A program made the position numbers and the translations under genes. 64,000 nucleotides of DNA from the NCBI GenBank assembly GCA_047967505.1, contig CM106538.1. The stretch is one strand, 5' to 3'. The notes beneath the pieces are model-generated. The model was not told the DNA's origin and searched no databases. It saw only the letters and a list, made by a program, of their open reading frames with translations. The DNA comes from Dipteris shenzhenensis. Lineage: Eukaryota. Shown piece by piece: positions 24,605-36,345 of this stretch; position 1 is the first letter of the stretch; each line of letters opens with the position of its first letter.

Positions 24605-27600
24605 GTCAATGAAGATCATGCAAAGTATTCTTTCTTGTGCACTAGGCTGAATCTTCTTTTGGTCCATTGCAGCAGAGGGATGTAGTGGCTCCTTGTTTAT
24701 GGAATGATTGCTAGAATTATGGATGAGTGATTCTTTTGGAACTAGCACCTCAAGGATTTAGTGAGCCGAGTTGAGTAAAAATAAAAATAAAATTCTAAGG
24801 GGTAAGTTACCAGGCAGAAGGTGTTAGTAGAGTTGACATAAGATCCTAGTGGTGTTAGTGTTAGTAGGGTAAGTATAGTGTATTCTCATGCTCCTCCTTA
24901 AGTCCCATATTTTATTTGAGTGGACTTTTATTAGATTCTCATCAGACTATGTCTTTGACTTGCCAAGCCTGTAAGTCAAATGTTTTGCATGACATTTTTC
25001 ATTGCTTCTCTGCTTTGAAGTTCTTTCAAAATCCACTTTATGGATTATATTTTGTTGAGGGCTTTTCTTGGAATTATTTGAGCCCAATAAGGTTGTGGCA
25101 CTATCTTGAACTTTATTTTGTCTGAGTCATCAAATCCAGAGGAGTCGAATAATACACCATACAAACTCCTAAAATGAGGACTATGGTTGAAGAGGTTTGT
25201 AGCATTTGGAATCTAGAAAAGGCTTCTAAGCTAGAAGTAATAAGAAAAGACGAAGTCAAAATAAAGAGAAGAGGATAATTTGGAGTTAGATATTTAATAG
25301 TGGAGTTAGTAAGGGAATGTGGAAAAAGCTTTGAGGGTCACAAGAAACTCATCCAGACCTCTTTTTTTTATCATCAGAGTCACCCTGCAATCAAACTCAT
25401 CTTGTAGAGCTATTGGTGTAGGATCACTTGTTGCTTTGGGATACCGAGGGTTAATGTGTCTTTGACTAGCCCCAAACCTTTGTTGGACAGGAGCTTCTTC
25501 CATGATAGCAACGTGTTGTGAAGGGCTCCAACATCTTTTGTTGCAATAGGTTCTTGTGGATGTACTCCATTTCTAGGAGTAGGTTCTTGTGGGTCTACTG
25601 CTTTGGATTTGCCTAAATGTCATACTGAAAGAATGGGTTTGTATTTCTTCATGGGAAAAATGATGAAGGCCTTGAACTAGCATTGCCTTTCCCTTTGTGG
25701 ACCTTGCAATAGGTTCTTGTGTTACTACTCCCTTTTTGGGAGTAAGTTCTTGTGTAGCTACTATCGGTGAATGCTTCTTTGTTGGTGTTGTAGACTCAAA
25801 CCTTTTAGATATCTCTTCTTATTTTTGTGGCTCTAGAGGGGTGAAGCTAGCCATGATACAAGCATGAGAATGTGGGCTGACATGTTGATGATGCTTACGG
25901 ATTCACATTGCCATTGTAAGATCATTGAGCTTGTAGTGTCCTTCTGGATCCCATCTTTCTAGTGCTTTTGTCAATTACATCCTCTAGCCTGTTCAACTTC
26001 CATTGTCTCATTGTAATAAAGTGATATAAGTTTTATGTATCAAATGTGAGTAGGATTGCAATGTCTTAGATATCTTTTGCTTTTGTTGAGCCCAACTTTC
26101 AGTTGAGAAAGTTGTTAAGGATGAAGATAATTCGTTGTTCACATTGGAAGGTTCTTGTGGGACTTCCATTGTGATGGGCATTACTTGTGTGGCCAATTCT
26201 TGCATAGCTACCCTGATGATAGATGGCAAATTTCTCAGTAAGGAATGTCCTTGTTTGGCTCCCAACATTGATTCATCTTTAATCTTGGCAAGTTCTTGTG
26301 TTACTTTCTCTTTTTTCAAGACAGGTTCTTGTGTTACTACTAGTTCCCTTGAAGATGATGCAATAAATTGACATGCCTTTTGATAGACTTGCGGTTGAGC
26401 TGGTTCTTGTGTTATTGTCTCCCTTTTTGAGACAGGTTCTTGTGTGACTACTCGAGAGGTGGTAGATGAATTCCTTCGTGTATGATCCTCTTGCATTGGT
26501 GCTTTTCCCTTATCCTTGCAAGTAGGTTCTCGTTGTTTTTGGCATCTTTGCAGAATAGGTTCTTGTGTGACTACTACTGGTGCATCTACACTCATTGATG
26601 CTTTTGTATTGATAGAGTTGGGGCTTTGCTTCTGCTTTTGTGATGGTGTACATTTAGCTTAGAGCAAGCATGGATGGGCTATTGATTGGTCTAGCAAGGC
26701 TTGGGTACCCATATATAAGAGTTGCTGAGGTAATATCCATGGGCCTCGAGTAGTCTTATGGAAACCCATTGGTAATGTACCTTCCTTGTTGGATGGCATC
26801 GTCTTCTTCTTTATGTTGAGGTTTATTGTTTACATGAGGGGGAGGCTGGCAATGGTGAGGCTTGATGTTTAGAGGAGGAGGTGGTTTTATATGTTGAGGT
26901 TTCTTTGGAATCCAAAAATATGATTCACACTCAAAGTATCCTTGAGCCTTCAGTAGATCCTTTCGGATTTGCTTGGTTGCCTTTTCTCTTTGTCTTCTTC
27001 CTTGGTGGCTTCCTTTTCGAGGTGGGGAGGTGGAAGTAGTTGCTGATGTCGATCCTTGGCTAGCGATTGGTGCATCTTGATGGGATGATTCATCACCAAA
27101 TAACCCTTTTTAAGTTCTTGCATCTAGCTTTTATCAACAATGGCGGCTTCCGTTAAGGTACCTGCAGGAGCTACAAAAAACTTGCAAGGCAGAATGTAAT
27201 TTTCCAAGGAAACATTCAACATTAAAGAACCAATAACATACCCTTTATGGATTGAATTTCAAAATCACTTTACTTCAAGGTGTACTGGCCAAGATGCTTT
27301 AATATCTCCGAGGAGATGAGGTTTTTGCTTGCTCTGCCATGGCTTGTATTTGCCATGTTGCACCTATTGGTGTCAACTCTACCCAAAGTTGAGATGGAAT
27401 CGTATCTATCTTATTAGGATCAATAACATTATCAATTGTGCAGGTTCAACTTGATTAGGTAGTACCACCCTTATGGTATAAAAAGGAGTAATGGTAGTAG
27501 GTTTATCATTGCCAAGGTGCATACATTGAGTTCCTTTCACACTTGGCAAATATATTGTGTCTAGTGTATGCATCCAATTTAGTGGATCTTCTAAATCAGG

Positions 27601-27900
27601 TATAGGAGCACACCAAGAGTCTTCAAGACTAGTTTGTTGACTGGCACCCTTGGAAGGTCTTGAGCTTGATTGGAAGATTCAACATTCTCAGGATTAGTGG
27701 ACTGGGGTGTCACTCTTTGCCTATTCATCCAATCACAAATGTCTCTCCAAACAGTTGGGTTGCCTTAGAGCAATGTCGCAATAGGCATCTCCACCTTTGT
27801 GGATAAAAATGAGGCTAATCCTATGTTGTCTTGAGGACCAATGATAGGTGCCCTACCTATCAATTTTGACCCTTCTAACCTCTTTTCCCTCCCCCCAACT
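24605..27900 (-). mobile_element. Decayed internal region of the Gypsy-like element with a TQEP repeat-rich ORF relic
   Basis: Continues past the Copia TSD. About ten (A)GGTTCTTGTG units at 25545-26570 encode (V)TQEP. No pol or PBS was recognised and the right end is approximate. Confidence 0.45.
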
Positions 27901-28086
27901 TCCCCTCACAAAGCACTAAGTTGAATAGGTCCCGCCACTCCATCAATCATTTCCACCACAATCCTCCCCCCATCTCCTTCTTCTCATCGATTTGGTCCCC
28001 ACATAGTCCTTTAAAATGTCAAGAAATGTAAGTCAGAAAAACACACTTAGATGGCACCCTAGAATGACTCCCCAAAAAACCCATCA

Positions 28087-28232
28087 GATTATTATCTCCA
28101 CGTCTACTAGGTTATTACATCCACGTCTATTGGGTTATTATCTCCACATCTATCGAGTTATTATCTCTATGTATGTTGGATTATTATCTCCACATCTATT
28201 GGGCTATTATCTCAGCATCCATCAGGTTGCTA
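28087..28232. repeat. Minisatellite with a unit of about 22 bp, 6-7 copies
   Basis: GGTTATTATCTCCACRTCTATY unit. Confidence 0.9.
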
Positions 28233-28820
28233 TTGCAACGGCATCCGCCTAGTTATTAGTGTAGCTCCCCATCTGTCCTACCAGTTGTAGACCAAGGACA
28301 TCTCAGATAACACAATGCATGTCAATGGGCAGGAAATAAAAAAATCAACCAAGAGTGTAACATCTAATTCGAGAACTGTAACCTAAAAAAGAGAACTCTA
28401 GGGGAATCTTTGAAAGATTCCCTTTTTTTCATGTGAATTTTATGTTTTTTTGGAAAACGAGCACAAACACCTATACTTGGAATACCAAAATTGCAAAAAA
28501 TACATTAATTTTTTAAAACCAATACAATAAGGGCCTATGCATCCAATGCACATAAAAGGACCATGGAATAACACATTTCAAAATCCTAAAAAGGTACAAA
28601 TCACATTGTTGCACAAACATACGTGCCACTGATCCTACAAAGAATAGTACTCATCTTCTGATCCTACACCTTCAAATGCACTAGAGCCTAAGCTTTGTGG
28701 GGTAGAAGTTGTAGGTCCTTCCTCCTCTAGGCTATCCCCACTAGAACATTCTCTGAGTCAACCTGGGCAAGTTTAGCTGCCACCCTCTTTTTTGCATGGC
28801 GTGTCTTGGCTTCCATTTGT

Positions 28821-29375
28821 TCACTGCATCCAATTAATGTCTTTGGATATTATGTATTGTGTCTCCTTTGGCAAATGCCCAGCTTGTGTTAAGTGAAATG
28901 CATATACCAAAATATCTACCTCATCCAATTGTAGAATACCAATTCTTAGACAATTCTTTGTCACCCTCTTCCCTTTTTGGCCATGCTTCCTTATTACCAC
29001 CATCTCTGGGTTATATCGACCCGTGAAAGCATCCATGGACTTGGTGAAAAACCAATGCACCTTTATTGACTTGGTCTTTGAACCTTCCTTTTCGACTTTC
29101 ACAACTTTAGCAATCTAAAATGGAAATCCACTAGGATCATATGTTACTAACACAGCAACCATCATACCCACTGCCAAGTCCTCGATGCTACCACTCCACA
29201 TTTCTTGAACCCTTTCCTTGGCTTTTTTGGACTTTCTTGCTCCAAGGTACATTACTCTCTCCTCCTCAAGATAGTTCTTCTTTGAAGGTGCATGTAAATG
29301 CGCACTTGAAGAAGCATTCATATGCACATTTACAAAATTTTGTCCAATGCATTGTGGCCAACTAAAATCTAACAC
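28821..29375 (-). pseudogene. TE-associated ORF relic with a Tudor/BAH-like beta-barrel motif
   Basis: LAVGMMVAVL..DPSGFPF*IAKVVKVEK..SIKVHWF...YAFHLTQAGHLP, in one frame across a W>stop at 29115. Confidence 0.5.
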
Positions 29376-30159
29376 ATCTTGGGGGTCATTTAGTTGGTGA
29401 TTGTTGATAAGTATTTGGGATGTAAAGAATGGATTCCACCATGGCTCATTGCACCTCCCTCACTGATTATAAAGGTTGTAAGGGTGCCACATACAACTCA
29501 CACTGTGGAACACACTTCAAGAACTTCAATCCTTTGACTAGAACCCAAGTCGGTGATGTGGAATAGAACTCCCCCACAACAACATCGTGCCTCCTTGATC
29601 TTTCTTCATTCAAAATTGGTGTTGAAAGCTTAACTCATTAAGCTTCTCATAGCCATAGTTCTCCTAACTACCAAACTACTATGCATTCTGCTAGGTCTGC
29701 CTTCCACGATTTCATCTCCTGTAATCCATTAGTTAATAGAGAGGAGGAGTTATTTCCAGTCTTTGATAAGAGCATAGATGTCCTAGCACCTACTTGGGAG
29801 CCCGAGACAATTTTGAAGACCTCATCAAGTACATGCAAGACCACATCACGAGTTTTTGCATATCAACTTGATGAGTCTACAAAAAGATGGGTCCCAATTG
29901 ATTATTAAAAGTATTGTTCAATCAAGAACCCGAGTTCGTGAAGCATTTAGATCGCTTTCGAGCCCAGCCCACATCCCTAGGGTTTAGGGAGGTGGACACT
30001 GATGACCTCCTAGCATGCAGAGTCATCGAAAACACAAGAAATAGGTTCCTATCCTATGAAATTACCTTTATTTTCCTTCTCCAGGAGGGACAAATGGAAG
30101 AGGAGGCCTGACCTCAAGCCCTGACATTGCCCTTGACATTTTTGATCCTCTTATTTCTA

Positions 30160-31415
30160 TAGATGAACCCAACATCTACAATGAAGAGCCCATAGATAAA
30201 GAAGCTGAGGAGTGGGAAGCTATATTGGCCCTCTGTTGGCCCTGAAAGTGCTCCAGTGACCTCCTAAACCCCATTCTACTTCTCAAATTCCATCCACCTC
30301 GAGCACCACCTCTATTGACCATGCAACAGTGATATGGTTTCTTGCTCCCCTTCTTGTAGATGGAGAACAATAGCTCTTTCTCCATGACATCGAAGTTATG
30401 TTTGGTCTTTGGGAGGATGAAGCTCTTGATGTCCTGTGTGGATACGAGGTGGACACGACTATGCAAGAACCTAGGTTTTTGGGAGCAGATGATTTAATAG
30501 ACATCGAGGTTATGTTTGGTCTTTAGGAGGATGAAGCTCTTAGTGTCCTGTGTGGATACGAGGTGGACACGACTATGCAAGAACCTGGGTTTTTGGGAGG
30601 AGATGATTCAATAGAAGAGGTTCTTGCTTTAACACTGGCCAAAATCAAAGATGCAAAGACATTAATCTACTCTGACCTACCTGATGTTCCAGAAGAAGCC
30701 TCCACATCTCACTCCGGATAGCAGGAGGCCTCTGGATCCATCCTCATTGACAAAGAGGAAGGGATTGAGCATGATGACTCCATAGTGGTAAGAAACTATG
30801 AGCTTTGAATTTTTTCTCTCTTGGTATAATTTTTCTTTAACAGAATTCTAATGTAATGTTGGACTGTTGCAGGAGGCATTTGAGGTCAACCTGTTCTCAT
30901 CTCAGCAATGCCTTATTCACAGTAGCTTCGGCTGAGATCACTCACTGGCACATTACCTTGGCCAAGCAAAAGGGCGCTTTGTGTGGTTATCCATAAAAAG
31001 TTTTCTCCACATGGTACTGATGACCTCCTGAAGTGCAAGGCCTTGTCACAAGTGATTGGTCATGCTGACAAGGTCATTTTGGTGAACTGCATGGTTGCCC
31101 TGAATGCTTTTGGAACCAATTTTCAAGGTATGGCATTGACGGCAGCAGCCATGTCCCTCGCTAGTAGGACAATAGTGTTGACTCTCTATCAAATAGGTTT
31201 AGAGCTAGGAGTGTATTTGGGAATTCAAATCCCGATGTTCTCAGTGTTTTAGAGAAGAGAGAAAGGCTTTGGAGCCTTATTATATAGAACTTTTATTTTA
31301 TATGAATATAGATATACTTTTTATATAGTGTCCCATTTTGTGTTCTTTTATAAAATTTATTTTATACTGTCATTGTATTTTGTAACTTTAATTGTTGTTG
31401 GCATTAATATTTTCA
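30160..31415 (+). pseudogene. Spliced TE cargo gene 'A', 3' exons and 3' UTR (acidic exon, intron about 30788-30871, last exon); unknown function
   Basis: GTAAGA..TTGCAG intron conserved in the inverted copy at 32383-33505; internal duplication of about 115 bp at 30386-30614. Confidence 0.6.
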
Positions 31416-31498
31416 TTCACTATTCTGTTCAAAAGCATGTTATCAGATAAATTGTTGTGCTATAATGGTCATTTCGGAGCAATTTAGTAAGAATCTCA

Positions 31499-31810
31499 CC
31501 ATGGCACAGAAGGCAAATGTGTTCAACATCCTACGGGGAGCTCAAAAATGTCAAAACCCATTATGGGGTGTATGGAGCCTATTTGACTTGGCAAAAATGT
31601 CAAAATCCACTATGGGTGTATGGAGCCTGTTTGACCAAGTCAAATAGGCTCCATACATGCCATAGCAAGTTTTCACATTTTTCAGCTCCTCGCACAATGC
31701 CATATGGAGCCTATTTGACTTGGTCAAATAGGCTCCATATGCACCATAGTAGGTTTTGACATTTCTGAGCTCCCTGCACGATGCTGAACACATTTGCCTT
31801 CTGTGCCATG
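31499..31810. repeat. Palindromic (foldback/MITE-like) spacer with nested palindromes
   Basis: CATGGCACAGAAGGCAAATGTGTTCA...TGAACACATTTGCCTTCTGTGCCATG arms; internal TATGGAGCCTATTTGAC.nn.GTCAAATAGGCTCCATA palindromes. Confidence 0.92.
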
Positions 31811-31996
31811 ACAAAAAAACATCATTTGACCACTCAAATTCATAGTGAACTTGCATAAACTGATGGAAAGCATCATGTAACATGTATAATAACATGGGAA
31901 CATTAATAGAACATAAAAATATCTTTTATTCATTGGCCTCAAAGGGTAGAGATTTACAAAATGATTCAAATTACACCAAATGAACCTAAACAACAT

Positions 31997-32378
31997 CTAG
32001 CACCTAAGGGAGGGATCGGAGCAGATGCACCTGGCGAGTGCAAGGTCCTTGTCCATCACTATTACTCTTTTGGCATGGATAGCACATAAGTTTTGCATCT
32101 TCAAAAAGACCTATTGTCATCTGCTCCATTGCCTCTTGAATTGCTCCCATAGTGCCTAAAGTGAAATGCACATCATCCTTGTAATGCTATGCTATTTCAT
32201 GTACAACACATTGGAAGGGTGCATAGGGAATGAGATTGCCCACAGTGGTTTGGAACTTGCGGATCTCTTGAAGTGCCTTCACGCCTGAATTTTTGCACCT
32301 CTTAATCTTTAAGGGACCCTGCACTGTCCTCTGGACATGGCCCCATGGCCGCTTTGAAATTCTTTCACCTCTCCTCCC
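31997..32378 (-). pseudogene. Divergent histone H3-like gene (complete histone fold), 5'-truncated, one stop and one +1 frameshift
   Basis: [95 protein letters not shown], collinear with H3 alphaN-alpha3. Confidence 0.92.
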
Positions 32379-33514
32379 ATAAATGAAAATATTAATGCCA
32401 ACAACAATTAAAGTTACAGAATACAATGAAACTATAAAAGAAATTTTGTAAAAGAACACAAAATGGGACATTGTAGAAAAAGTATATCTGTATTCATATA
32501 AAATAAAAGTTTTGTATAATAAGGCTTCTCTCTTCTCTAAAACATTGAGAATATCAGGCTTTGAATTCCCAAATAGACTCCTAGCTCTAAACCTAGTCGA
32601 TAGAGCATCAATGCTATTGTCGTTGCTAGCTAGGGACATGGTTGTTGCCGTCGATGCCATACCTTAAAAATTGGTTCTAAAAGCATTGAGAGCAGCCATG
32701 TGATTCATGAAAATAACCTTGTCAGCATTCTGATTGATGTTGGCATGACAAATCACTCGTGACAAGGCTTGCACTTTAGGTGAAAACTTTTTGTGGATAA
32801 TCACAATGCACCCTTTTGCTTGGCCAAGGTAATGTGCAAGTGACTGATCTTGGCTGAAGCTATTGCGAACAAGGCATTGCTGAGATGAGAAGAGGTCGAC
32901 CTCAAATGCCTCCTGCAACAATCCAACATTACATTAGAATGCCGAAAAAGCAAAATTATACCAAGAGAGAAGAAATTTAAAGCTCATAGTTTCTTACCAC
33001 TATGGAGTCATCATGCTTGATTCCTTCCTCTTTGTCAATGAGGATGGATCTAGAGGCCTCCTACTGTTCAAAGTGAGATGTGGAGGCTTCTTCTGGCACA
33101 TTAGGTAGGTCATAGTAGATCAATTTGTCTGCATCTTTAATTCTGGTCAGTGTGAAAGCAAGAACCTCTTCTATAGAATCATCTGCTCCCAAAAACCCAA
33201 GTTCGTGCAGCATAGTCATGTCCATCTCGTATCCACACAAGACACTAAGAGCTCCGTCCTTCTAGAGACCAAACATAACCTCGATGTCATGGGTGGATAA
33301 AGAGATATTGTTCTCCATCAACAACAAGGGGAGAAAGAAACTATATCACTGTTGTGGTATCAGTAGAGGTGGTGCCCAAGGTAGATGGAATTTGAGAAGT
33401 AGAATGGGGTTCTAGAGGTCTTTGGAGCACTTCTGCCAATGTAGCTTCTCGCTCCTCGTCTTCTTTATTAATGGGCTCTTCATTGTAGATGTTGGGCTCA
33501 TCTGGAGAAACAAG

Positions 33515-35127
33515 TGTGAAAACATGCATGCCTGAGGATCTATGGAGCACTCTAAGGTGGATGGAACCTATGTGGAGACATGATGAAGAGAATGCTCATG
33601 ACATGTACCTCAAGTCAATTAGGTTCCAAGATAGATTATAGCTTGGACTCATAAACAGAATCTTGAGTGAATGTGCATTCCTCTATTGCAATGTGTTTTC
33701 AACAATACATGATAGGCCTCTTATATAGAGAGTGCCCTTTGAATAGTCAACACATGTGGGATCCTCTGATCCACATCTCTCCTTGTGGATATCCTCAATC
33801 CACATCTCCACATCGTGTAGTCCACATCCTAGGGTGGCTACTTTAATACATTCCTTATCACATACCTTAGCATCTAATTATGTGCTCAAGGCACTACAAC
33901 TCTCAACACCTCCCCGTGGTGCCATGATCCTTTGGCTACTGCAAGGTGGTCAGATGTGAGTTACATTCCATCACCTCCCCTTAGTGCATACATTGCTACT
34001 TAAGGTGGTAAAGTGTGGTTTTTACATGTCAATACCTCCCCTGGGTGCTTTCATAGCTACTCTCGTGCTGCCTTGCAGCTTCGTACTTAAGACCCAAGTG
34101 TTTGCTTATTGAATAGATCATCTCGTCAAATGCTAGACTGAGAACGTAGGCACATTGAAGGAGCGCTAAGGTCATAGAAGACGAATATAGTGGCTAGTTG
34201 CATTGCTTTGGATCACAGTGATGGAGTCATTGGAGGCAACTAAAAGGTGTATGGGATGCCTGTGGTCTTTGCTTCATCATCGCTGGTGTTGTGTGTAGTA
34301 CCTATGAAGCTCATTGCCTTGTAATCTTAATGCTTGGAGTGATTTTCAGTCATGCTGAGCCTTTGAGGGAGTCACCTTGCCTTTGCTTTAGGTTGTAGCT
34401 TGACTAGCCATCACTGGTTTGCTGCCGTTGGAGTCCATGTTGTTGTGTGACCTGGGTTGCCTCTTTTGCTATTAAAAGCTTTGGCTACTGACTATTTGCA
34501 TGGCTTCTTCTTCATTTTAAAGCTCTGATTTGATGCATTGATGCTGATTTTTCAAGAAGTGGAGGAGGGACTAGACTCAAAGAAACTTATAGAATTGTCT
34601 ATGAACTTTACAAGAATCTCTAATTAACTAACATAGGAGAAAACATGCGCTCCTAAGGCATGCCTACAACTAATCTAGGAGTCTAGACCTAAGCTCTGAT
34701 ATCATGTGAAAACATGCATGCCTCAGGATCTATGGAGCGCTCTAAGGTGGATGGAACCTATGTTGAGACATGATGAAGAGAATGCTCATGACATGTACCT
34801 CAAGTCAATTAGGTTCCAAGATAGATTAGCTTGGACTCATAAATAGAATCTTGAGTGAATGTGCATTCCTCTATTGCAATGTGTTTTCAACAATACATGA
34901 TAGGCCTCTTATATAGAGAGTGCCCTCTTTCTTGTTGTTTTTCTATCTTGTTTTGCTTTGAATAGTCAACACATGTGGGATCCTCTAATCCACATCTCTC
35001 CTTGTGGATATCCTCAATCCATATCTCCACATCATGTAGTCCACATCCTAGGGTGGCTACTTTAATACATTCCTTATCACATACCATAGCCTCTAACTAT
35101 GTGCTCATGGCACCATAACTCTCAACA
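33515..35127 (-). mobile_element. Non-autonomous LTR element (TRIM-like)
   Basis: LTRs 33515-33908 and 34705-35127; TSD ACAAG at 33510-33514 and 35128-35132; PBS TGATATCAGAGC (minus strand, 34693-34704); PPT GGGGAGG; about 800-bp interior without pol. Confidence 0.95.
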
Positions 35128-35693
35128 ACAAGAGGATGGGCAAGGGCAGGGACAGGGTAAGGAAAATAAAGGTCATTTCTTAGAATAGGAACCCAAGAAA
35201 TTCGTCAAGGGCATTCTCATGTAGGCACTTGCATGACCATATGGTTTTTGTTCTGTGCATCTCGATATTCTAAAAACAAGAATAAAAAATGTGCAGAGAC
35301 ATAACCTTACCCATTTAGAGCCAAATGTAAACTTCATGGCCATGCCCACATCCTTTGCAATCTTTTCCTTATCTAATTGCACTATTCTTGTGTCCACCGT
35401 GCTGCAAGCCATGTCTTCAAGTTGTGGTGTTGCAATGCATTGAAGATGTCCATAGCTTGATGCCATCCTTGAAGGAATGTACTAATAGATATTTCTCTGT
35501 TTCAAAGCAAAGGACTTCTCTCCAGCATGCATTTGCCTTCCTAAATCCTCATGAATGGCAGTAAACTTATGTAAGAAGCACTCCACTCCTCAAAGTCTGA
35601 AGGAAATATATATGCTATGTACAAGTGCTATTTCAAAATACAATTTCAAAATGACTCATTACACTTAGAAATCTTACACAAAATGCAGACTTA

Positions 35694-35975
35694 CAATGTA
35701 ATGATATTGTCGATTGATTGCTTGACGGAGCAAGGCACATGTTCTTCCCTATGTAGATGTGTTGCACCTTTGCAACAAGCATTCCTTTTTTCCCAAGCTT
35801 GAACTTCATATGCAGCCCTTCCATTCATGCAAAAGATCACCTCTCTTGCTCTTGGGAAGCTTATGTGGACACTTGGCAGATTCTCTCATGACTATCCAAT
35901 CATTCAAGTTGTAGTTGTAAGACACACATTCACCCAGTGCATTTTTGCTTCTCTGGGACATAGAGTGCTCACCAT
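35694..35975 (-). pseudogene. Exon relic with a BAH-like pattern (probable upstream exon of gene 'A')
   Basis: Repairing one frameshift and one CGA>TGA gives SYNYNLNDWIVMRES..KRGDLFA(R)MEGLHMKFKLGKKGMLVAKVQHIY. Confidence 0.35.
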
Positions 35976-36111
35976 GCTTGTACAATGGTCACAATAGCAA
36001 GAGTGGACCTAAAAGTGCATCTTGGAGGGAGAGAGCAGCTTCGATAGAGGGGGAGAGCGGGAGAGGGGGGGGAAGGTATAGAGGGTGTAACTAAAGGTGG
36101 AGAGCAGCTCC

Positions 36112-36345
36112 AAGAGGTATTGTAGCTAGGAATGGAGGGAGAAAGAGTAGAGGGGGATGAGCAGCTACTGTATGAGGTATTCTAGCTAGGAATGGAGGGA
36201 GAAAGAGCAGAGGGGGATGAGAAGCCACTATAGGAGGTATTGTAGCTAGGATTGGAGGGAGAAAGAGCAGAGGGGGATGAGCAGCTGCTATAGGAGGTGC
36301 TGTAGCTAGGAATGGCGAGAGAAGAGAAGTTGCTATAGGAAGTGC
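36112..36345. repeat. 60-bp tandem repeat, about 4 copies
   Basis: GAGGTATTGTAGCTAGGAATGGAGGGAGAAAGAGCAGAGGGGGATGAGCAGC unit. Confidence 0.93.

Larger units (their letters stand above)
32383..35990 (-). pseudogene. Second, inverted copy of cargo gene 'A' with upstream exons, interrupted by the TRIM
   Basis: 32383-33505 is the reverse complement of 30160-31415. Homology continues at 35133-35195 after the TRIM. Upstream GTAAG donors near 35290 and 35693. Confidence 0.7.

Noticed and set aside
28087-28232. CRISPR-like array (also 36112-36345, 55160-55505)
   Set aside because: No unique spacers, eukaryotic context; plain tandem repeats.
28395-28425. Helitron 3' end
   Set aside because: CTAG lies directly against the hairpin without the usual spacer or following T; no Rep/helicase seen.
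31997-32378. The functional host CENH3 gene
   Set aside because: Has a stop, a frameshift and a 5' truncation; no loop-1 insertion; Q68 and F84 retained.
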